64,000 nucleotides of DNA, from positions 32,001 to 96,000 of the IMG/VR virus record IMGVR_UViG_3300044557_000107; one strand, written 5' to 3'. Every line of letters begins with the position of its first letter. The first letter of the stretch is position 1. Of this stretch, positions 37,232 through 44,081 are shown piece after piece. A program made the position numbers and the translations under genes. The DNA comes from a virus (taxonomy: Duplodnaviria > Caudoviricetes). The notes under the pieces are model-generated. The model was not told the origin of the DNA and ran no database searches. It saw only the letters and a list, made by a program, of their open reading frames with translations.

Positions 37232-37456
37232 TTACTTTTTAGCAAGCTTACTCTTAATATTCTCTAAGTCCTTATTTTGTTTCTCGACTGTAGTATTAAG
37301 TTTTTTAAACTTATTAATAAGATTCTTATTATTAATTTCAGCTTCTTTTTTAGCAATTTCTAAGTTTGCTAAGTCCGCGCCTAGTTCTTTAGTAAGCTGG
37401 TCCTTACGGTGCACTAACTCAATTAATTGGTCTTTACTTAAGTCTTCTAATTTCAA
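37232..37456 (-). CDS. Small coiled-coil protein
   Basis: Heptad-rich 74 aa after the tail-fibre-like gene. Confidence 0.55.
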   Translation of the reverse strand: MKLEDLSKDQLIELVHRKDQLTKELGADLANLEIAKKEAEINNKNLINKFKKLNTTVEKQNKDLENIKSKLAKK

Positions 37457-37462
37457 TTTGGA

Positions 37463-37825
37463 TTACTCGCTTTCTGTAGTAGTGGTTGTTGTGGTTGTGG
37501 AGGTGCTCGATGGAATGCTAGATAGAGATACTCGAATATCATTCACATCGTCTTCGGAAGAAATGGTATGAACACTTGATAGGACTATAGGTAAGTCTGC
37601 CATAAATAAAGGATTATTTTTTAGGGTAACAAGATCTTGATAGATACTATCAGTATCTTTATAGTCTACATATAGTATTCCCTGCTGTGCTTTTGCCAAT
37701 AGGTCTGTAGATAATTGACTACTAATATTATTCCAAGCACTTTCACATTTATCTTGAATAGCCTCATTGGCTGTTTTTTGTGCTTGTGTATAGGCATTTT
37801 CTATTTCTGAAAGATCAAAACTCAA
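37463..37825 (-). CDS. Hypothetical protein with poly-Thr C-terminus
   Basis: TTG start with GAAGGAAG RBS. Confidence 0.6.
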   Translation of the reverse strand: MSFDLSEIENAYTQAQKTANEAIQDKCESAWNNISSQLSTDLLAKAQQGILYVDYKDTDSIYQDLVTLKNNPLFMADLPIVLSSVHTISSEDDVNDIRVSLSSIPSSTSTTTTTTTTESE

Positions 37826-37843
37826 TTAAATTCTTCCTTTCTT

Positions 37844-40800
37844 TTAATCGTCCCACCGAGGAACCCAAGGTTGTGGAATATTTCCAATAGACATCTGAGG
37901 CATTTTAAACGACATTGAAGTATTGTTGGGCCCGGAAGCAACATTGAAATGTATATGGGAAATATCAGCAGAAGTTGTAGTCATTCCAGACCACTCATAA
38001 TATTTATAAGTATGTCCTGAAGTTTCTGTGGGGGTAGTAAGTGTAGCGGTTTGTACTAGGTTACCAGAAGAATCATAAAATTGAACAAAACAATACCATC
38101 CATTATTATTACCATTCCAAGAGGCTTCATATATGCTAAAATAAAATGGATTATTTGTTTGATTTAGGGGAGAAAGAGAATCTACCCATGCAATACTATT
38201 ACCAGATCCTAACCACGCTGAAGGAGTACCAAACGCATCATAAGTTCCGGATCCAAAATCACCGGATCCAGATGAACGTTGCCATGTATCGAATTTTACA
38301 CTATGGGGTATTAGATTAACATGAAGATGACCATGAAATAAGAAATCCCGGAAAGAACTTCCTGTGGAAAGATCATTTCCATTTTTTTGAGCGGTCTCAT
38401 CTGCAAAAGTCCCATAGTAAGCCATGTCTGCCGCAGTTATATCTATTGGTTCTGGTAGAGAGCTTCCCCAAAAATACAAGTCTTCAGGAACAATGTTAAG
38501 TGCGGCTCCGGTTACATCCCGCATGTCAAGGCTAGATGCACCTATATTTAAGTAGCTAAAGTTTTTAACATTATTTGCAGTTTCTTCTGAGTTAATACTG
38601 ATAGTCCCTAAAGGAGAAACCTGAGTAGTAATAGTAAACTCATCCGTGCTTGAAACCGTGTTCTTATTCTCAAGAATAACTCCTAAGAATGGTGAAACGG
38701 AAGAACTCATAGTACTGTTATATGCTCTATCTTGTGCTGGAACCCACGCAGTAGCTGTACTACCCGATTCATATTTTATCATGCTTATTAGCAAAACACC
38801 AGTTCCACCGAGGTATAGTTTAAGAACACCGGCAGTATCCGTGGCGGTAATTGAAGCAGAATACTTAGCCCAACTAGTAGTTACCGTAAATGTATTACTA
38901 GTTTTATCAGATGTGGTTATACTTGTGTTTCCACTGATAGATTTAGCATAGAAAGAAACCGTGGTAGTTGAACCGCTAGAAAAAGCGCCTTGAGAAGTAT
39001 AGTCCAAACCAACATAATTGCTACTATCTCCCGCACCTGTAGACGTTATTTTAAGGCTTCCAATGTACAAATTCTTAGGAGCAGAACTAGGATAATCATC
39101 TGTATCAATAACATAGGTATGATTACCGGATTCTGTAATAGAATCCGTTCCTAAAGACTGATCATAGGCATATCCGCCAGCATTGAACTGAGAAAAGTTC
39201 AGGTAGTTAGGTGGAAGGGGGGTATTATCACTAGTATACTGGAATGACTGATTATCAATAGTCCAATTTTCAGAAGCTAAATACCCCTTACCTGAATCTA
39301 CTTGAGTATTAGAATAAGGACCTCCAGATACAATCATATCCCCGGTTATTTCAAGTTCTTGACCAAAGAGACTGATCTTTTTATCAGTAATAGTAAATCC
39401 AGTAGTTATTTGAGATTCTGTTACATAGGTATTCGTGGCGTCATCTTTAGTAAGGTACGTTCCGGATACTTCGGCGGTAATAGACGTGGCAGTTTGCTCT
39501 ATCTTGCTTTCAGCGCTAGCTAAAGTAGCACTGGCGGCACTATCTGTGTACGAATTAGCACTTGATAGTGCAGTGGCTCCAGCGGCGCTTGCCGCGCTAT
39601 CGGCGTGAATATTAGCACTTGACAGTGCAGTGGCTCCAGCGGCGCTTGCCGCGCTATTAGCGTGAATATTAGCACTTGACAGTGCAGTGGCTCCAGCGGC
39701 GCTTGCCGCGCTATCGGCGTGAATATTAGCACTTGACAGTGCAGTGGCTCCAGCGGCGCTTGCCGCGCTATCGGCGTGACTATTAGCAGAGCTTAACGTT
39801 GCTGAATTAGCACTTGAAGTTTCATCCTTAGTCGTGTAGGTAGCACTTACAGTATCTGTAATAGATGTGGCTGTTTGCTCCATTTCAGACTTTGTAGAGT
39901 ACGTTGTGGCCGCCGCACTGTTTGTCAAATAATTATTTGCTAGATCCGTATTGATAGCTGAAACTTCTGTGTCTATTTTGGTAGATGTTTCCGTAATTTT
40001 AGACGCATTTTGCTGAATATTAGTGTTCATTGTGTTAATTTCATCAGAGTCTAAAACATTTTGAGTTATGGTTTCCATAACTGTTGATGAAATCATATCA
40101 GGAGTAACCTTAAAATCAGAGAATTTAGTATCTATATAATTTTGAGTATCTTCTGGGGCGGCACTCCATGATGATGGGGTATTACCATGTTCTAGCATTA
40201 AGTAACTAATCGTTATCTTAGTGTTAGTTGGCATTTTAATTGTTAAAGTATGGTCGTTTCCAGAAATAGTTTTCCAATTTTCAAAGGTATACGTAAAGGA
40301 TCCGGTTAACGTAGTTGGTTCCCATAGATAAGAATTACCCCCAGTATCATCGGCAATAGTAATCTGCTCTAAGCTACTCAGTGTATATTTGAAAGATAAA
40401 GTTACAGGTTCAATTAAGTTACCGATATTACTAGATAGGTTATATAGAGTTCCATTAGTAGTTACAGATACCGCGGTTCCTGTTTCTAAGGCAAAGTTAA
40501 CTCCACCAACCGAAGTACTAGTTAATGAGGTTAATGTTCCTTGTAAAGTTGTTTCAATAGTTGCATAGCTATCTTTAGTAGCGCTTGCTAAATCACTAAA
40601 TGCTGATTGATAGCTATTAATTGCAGAGTTCATACTAGTAGAACTATAAGATAAACTAGAGGATACGGTGGCCAGATAACTGTTTAAGTTAAGATAAGCT
40701 GTTTTTAGAGCACTCGTATCATTTCCAGAACGAGTAGCTTCTTGATACATTTCTGCGTAGGTACCTTCAAGTGTATTTACTCCAGTTTTAATACTAGATA

Positions 40801-42571
40801 GTTGTGAATTGCTAATAGCTCCTGTGTTGATACTTGATATTGTATTTTGTAATGATACAATATCGCTGTTCATTGTAGACATTTCCGAATTTATGGTATC
40901 TTGATAGGACTTAGCTTTTTCAATTAGCAAGCTTAAAATAGACACGTTAGCAATCATGTCTTGAGGTGCCGGAGTCCAGCTAGTTAATGAATCTGTTTTA
41001 GCAAATTTAACTAAATATATAGAACTCGTTGTGGAAGATGAGGTATTATCTCCGCTAGAGGATGTAGTTGTCGTTGTAGTTACATTTTGAGAAACACTAA
41101 TGCTTACTTTAATATATGAAGTATCTTTACTGGTCAATATATGCTGGGATAAATCCATATTATCTTTATCCGCAGTTAAATAGCTGTAATCAATAAAATT
41201 ATTATTACTATCATATTCAGCCCAAGCTAAAGTAGTACCATTTAATACACCATATGCAGATACATAGTAGTCATCTTCCCCGCTAACAGACATACTTGCA
41301 GAAGTTACTCCTGTAGAATCGGTAATAAGCGATCCATCAGTAGAACTTATGCGGCTTCCTGATGTGGACATAGTAAGCGAAAATAAATTAGTAGCGGTAG
41401 CATCATTTCCATATAAGGTGTAAATAGTATCATTTTTACTAATAGTTTCTGTAGCACTAAGTTCAATCTTATCTGTAAGTTGGTTAATTGACGTTTGGGT
41501 GTCATTGTATCCTTTGGAAAGCGTTTCAATTTGTTCTAAAGTAGTTTTTTGCTGATTTTGCTGGTTAATAATACTCTTTTTAATGTCAATAGCGTCATCG
41601 CCAGTACCAATAGTGAGTCCATCAGAAGTTAGACTAAAAGGATCACCACTACCTGCGCTAATTGTAATACCATTTTTACCAACTTGAAGATATATTTCAT
41701 CGCCATTATCAGAGTTTCTAAGTTTAGACGTTGGCTGATAACGTAGTTGTGACGTTCCATCGTGGTTAAGTTCAATAGATCCTCGATAGTCTTCATTTTT
41801 ATCCATTGTACTTACCCGAGCATCACCATTTTGGTTAACAGCTAGAAGGGTCTCATGGGTATCCGTATTATTATTTTTGTCTAGTATTCCTTGATGCTTT
41901 AATAGAATACTGGGTGCTTTTGAGTTTATAGGTTCTATCTCGGTATTATCACTAAAGTAACTCGTATCAAGGTTATTATAACCAGGACCTTCTAAAGTAT
42001 CATCCATTGGATCTTGAAGGTCTACATTATCGGATTGTAGCATTAAGAAAGTCTTACCATTAAATGATAAAACTTCGTTTCCAAGTCCATCTTTAGACTT
42101 GTATGTTTGATCAGGATAAACCACAAACTGTTGTCCAATGGTTCCTTGATCGTTTGGAGAGTCGCTATCCGTACTATTATCTGGATCTCGACTGAGCTGT
42201 TCCATTACTGCGTCGTTTCCTACAATTGACAATACAATAGGAGTTTTACCGTCTTCATTAAGAAAACCAACAATGATATAATCTCCAGTATTTACTGGGT
42301 TAATTGCACCGTAAGGTTTTCCATAGCCATTTTGTCCGCTAAAAGACACAGGTAATCGGGCACTAGATTGTCCATTCAGATCAGAGCTATGAGAATAGCT
42401 GGCTCCAGTATACATATCCGTAAAATCTACGGAGTTATTTGAGTGGTATACTTTAGTTACTCTTCCAAGAGTTAGCCGACTAATTCTTGAATTACTTTGA
42501 GTATTTCTAACTACTTGTTTTCCAAGAGAAGATTGGAGTCTTTGGTTCAAATTTACGTATTCTTCGGACAA
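37844..42571 (-). CDS. Central tail spike/fibre-like protein (conserved N-terminus, coiled coils, CBM-like modules)
   Basis: RLQSSLG and SARLPV..G...YG N-terminus; WTPAPQD, WSAAPED and WVPAQD module ends. Confidence 0.7.
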   Translation of the reverse strand: MSEEYVNLNQRLQSSLGKQVVRNTQSNSRISRLTLGRVTKVYHSNNSVDFTDMYTGASYSHSSDLNGQSSARLPVSFSGQNGYGKPYGAINPVNTGDYIIVGFLNEDGKTPIVLSIVGNDAVMEQLSRDPDNSTDSDSPNDQGTIGQQFVVYPDQTYKSKDGLGNEVLSFNGKTFLMLQSDNVDLQDPMDDTLEGPGYNNLDTSYFSDNTEIEPINSKAPSILLKHQGILDKNNNTDTHETLLAVNQNGDARVSTMDKNEDYRGSIELNHDGTSQLRYQPTSKLRNSDNGDEIYLQVGKNGITISAGSGDPFSLTSDGLTIGTGDDAIDIKKSIINQQNQQKTTLEQIETLSKGYNDTQTSINQLTDKIELSATETISKNDTIYTLYGNDATATNLFSLTMSTSGSRISSTDGSLITDSTGVTSASMSVSGEDDYYVSAYGVLNGTTLAWAEYDSNNNFIDYSYLTADKDNMDLSQHILTSKDTSYIKVSISVSQNVTTTTTTSSSGDNTSSSTTSSIYLVKFAKTDSLTSWTPAPQDMIANVSILSLLIEKAKSYQDTINSEMSTMNSDIVSLQNTISSINTGAISNSQLSSIKTGVNTLEGTYAEMYQEATRSGNDTSALKTAYLNLNSYLATVSSSLSYSSTSMNSAINSYQSAFSDLASATKDSYATIETTLQGTLTSLTSTSVGGVNFALETGTAVSVTTNGTLYNLSSNIGNLIEPVTLSFKYTLSSLEQITIADDTGGNSYLWEPTTLTGSFTYTFENWKTISGNDHTLTIKMPTNTKITISYLMLEHGNTPSSWSAAPEDTQNYIDTKFSDFKVTPDMISSTVMETITQNVLDSDEINTMNTNIQQNASKITETSTKIDTEVSAINTDLANNYLTNSAAATTYSTKSEMEQTATSITDTVSATYTTKDETSSANSATLSSANSHADSAASAAGATALSSANIHADSAASAAGATALSSANIHANSAASAAGATALSSANIHADSAASAAGATALSSANSYTDSAASATLASAESKIEQTATSITAEVSGTYLTKDDATNTYVTESQITTGFTITDKKISLFGQELEITGDMIVSGGPYSNTQVDSGKGYLASENWTIDNQSFQYTSDNTPLPPNYLNFSQFNAGGYAYDQSLGTDSITESGNHTYVIDTDDYPSSAPKNLYIGSLKITSTGAGDSSNYVGLDYTSQGAFSSGSTTTVSFYAKSISGNTSITTSDKTSNTFTVTTSWAKYSASITATDTAGVLKLYLGGTGVLLISMIKYESGSTATAWVPAQDRAYNSTMSSSVSPFLGVILENKNTVSSTDEFTITTQVSPLGTISINSEETANNVKNFSYLNIGASSLDMRDVTGAALNIVPEDLYFWGSSLPEPIDITAADMAYYGTFADETAQKNGNDLSTGSSFRDFLFHGHLHVNLIPHSVKFDTWQRSSGSGDFGSGTYDAFGTPSAWLGSGNSIAWVDSLSPLNQTNNPFYFSIYEASWNGNNNGWYCFVQFYDSSGNLVQTATLTTPTETSGHTYKYYEWSGMTTTSADISHIHFNVASGPNNTSMSFKMPQMSIGNIPQPWVPRWDD
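39554..39788. repeat. Coding VNTR, four 57-bp units plus a partial unit
   Basis: ATTAGCACTTGA recurs at 39554, 39611, 39668 and 39725; encodes SSANIHADSAASAAGATAL. Confidence 0.95.
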
Positions 42572-42593
42572 AATTCCACCACCTTTTCGTTAA

Positions 42594-42601
42594 TAATATA
42601 G
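42594..42601 (-). promoter_or_regulatory. Putative late promoter CTATATTA
   Basis: About 25 nt upstream of the 1575-aa tail gene. Confidence 0.6.
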
Positions 42602-42668
42602 TTTTTTTTAATAATTTTACGTGTATTATAAATAGACCTGAAAGGATCTATTTTTGTGCTATAGAATG

Positions 42669-42696
42669 TTGACAATTTTGAATCCTATGCTATAAT
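42669..42696 (+). promoter_or_regulatory. Consensus sigma-A promoter reading into the tnpB element
   Basis: TTGACA-16-TATAAT with extended TG. Confidence 0.75.
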
Positions 42697-42808
42697 ATAC
42701 TTATTACCAAGTTAGTTGAGAAAGCTTGGTATTTTAATGCCGAGATGAATCAACGTCTTGAGTGACCACCATTGTATTTTGTAATATAATTAGAAGAGGT
42801 GATAATTA

Positions 42809-43945
42809 ATGACTTTGAAAGGAATCAAACTAAGAATCTACCCTAATAGAGAACAACAATTAAAGATTAAACTTAACTTTGGATATAACAGATTTGTTTG
42901 GAATCAGATGTTAGACATGATGATTAAACGCTATGAAAATAATCCCGAAGCGCCTTTTCTGGGAGCCTATACCCTAGATAAACTATTACCAACCCTAAAA
43001 TGTGAATACCCATTCTTAAAAGATGCTGAATCTACCAGTCTTCAAAATACTAATCATGACTTGATTGAAGCTTATAAGAAATTCTTTAGAGAACACAAAG
43101 GATTTCCTAAGTTTAAATCACGTAAATTTCCTAAGCAGAGTTACCAATCAAAAATGGGAATTAGCAAGGCTTCAACAAATTATTTAAAGCTACCTAAGAT
43201 TGGTGTTGTTAAAGCCAAAGGACAAATACCAGACTGTAAAATTAATAGGGTTACTATCAGATTATCTGCCACAGGAAAATTCTATGTGGTTTTGTTAGTT
43301 GATACAGATATTAATAGTCTTCCTAAAACTAATAATGCCGTAGGCATTGACATGGGTGTAGCAGATCTGATGATTACTAGTGATGGTATTAAATATCCCA
43401 CGATTAGATTTGATAAACTCCTCAGTAAAAAGAAACATTATTGGGAGAAACGGTTAGCTAGACGTAGACTGCAAGCTAAGAAGGAAATAGCTTGGGATAA
43501 GCATAATAAAGTAGCAGAGCCACATGAATTAAGTGATTTCAAGAACTACCAAAAAGCTAAAACTATGGTTGCCAAGTATAATGAGAAAATAGCTAACCAG
43601 CGCAATGATTATCTTCATAAGTTAACTAAGTCTTTAGTAGAGCAGTATGATGTGATTAAGATTGAAGATTTGAAAGCCAAAAATCTTCTAAAGAATCACA
43701 AGCTCGCTAGAGCAATTGCTAACCAATCATGGAGAGAACTACGTACACAGTTAGAATATAAATGTGAATGGTATGGTAAACAACTAGTCATTGTTAACCC
43801 CAGAAAAACATCACAAATTTGCTCTAATTGTGGTTATGATGATGGTAAACACACATTGGATATTCGACAGTGGACATGTCCTATGTGTGGTACCCATCAT
43901 GATAGAGATATTAATGCTGCTAAGAACATCTTAGCTAGTGAATAA
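42809..43945 (+). CDS. tnpB: RNA-guided endonuclease TnpB
   Basis: LRIYPN HTH; RuvC residues in GIDMG, IEDL and DRDINAA all intact; CSNC/CPMC Zn finger. Confidence 0.96.
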   Translation: MTLKGIKLRIYPNREQQLKIKLNFGYNRFVWNQMLDMMIKRYENNPEAPFLGAYTLDKLLPTLKCEYPFLKDAESTSLQNTNHDLIEAYKKFFREHKGFPKFKSRKFPKQSYQSKMGISKASTNYLKLPKIGVVKAKGQIPDCKINRVTIRLSATGKFYVVLLVDTDINSLPKTNNAVGIDMGVADLMITSDGIKYPTIRFDKLLSKKKHYWEKRLARRRLQAKKEIAWDKHNKVAEPHELSDFKNYQKAKTMVAKYNEKIANQRNDYLHKLTKSLVEQYDVIKIEDLKAKNLLKNHKLARAIANQSWRELRTQLEYKCEWYGKQLVIVNPRKTSQICSNCGYDDGKHTLDIRQWTCPMCGTHHDRDINAAKNILASE

Positions 43946-44081
43946 CCAATAAAGACAAAGACTAACATGGGCTGGGGCAGCCCTTAGTAAATAGCCATAA
44001 CCTCTATTTAGTACTCTAGTAGTATTAAACAAGTATGTGGTGTTCCTAGAAACCTGTGTTTTTAAACACAGTGTAGTTCAT
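43946..44081 (+). ncRNA. Cognate omegaRNA scaffold of TnpB; guide UUCGGACGAGCAACAUC...
   Basis: Structured right end downstream of tnpB; 5' end unknown. Confidence 0.7.

Larger units (their letters stand above)
42705..44081 (+). mobile_element. IS200/IS605-family (IS1341-type, tnpB-only) element
   Basis: TTAT at 42701-42704; left hairpin CTTGGTATT-TT-AATGCCGAG; tnpB; right hairpin CTGTGTTT-TT-AAACACAG; ends TTCAT. Confidence 0.9.

Noticed and set aside
39554-39788. Possible CRISPR array
   Set aside because: Contiguous in-frame coding repeats with no unique spacers; no cas genes seen
42716-42720. TTGAG/TTGAT just before each left-end hairpin as an ISDra2-like target motif
   Set aside because: Homology among copies extends further left to a shared TTAT, and TTAT/TCAY boundaries reconstruct sensible empty sites (ARPK-TAA, YPSSKTC)
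42809-43945. TnpB as a nuclease-dead repressor (TldR-like)
   Set aside because: All three RuvC acidic residues are present, transposon ends are intact, and guides match flanking DNA rather than promoters
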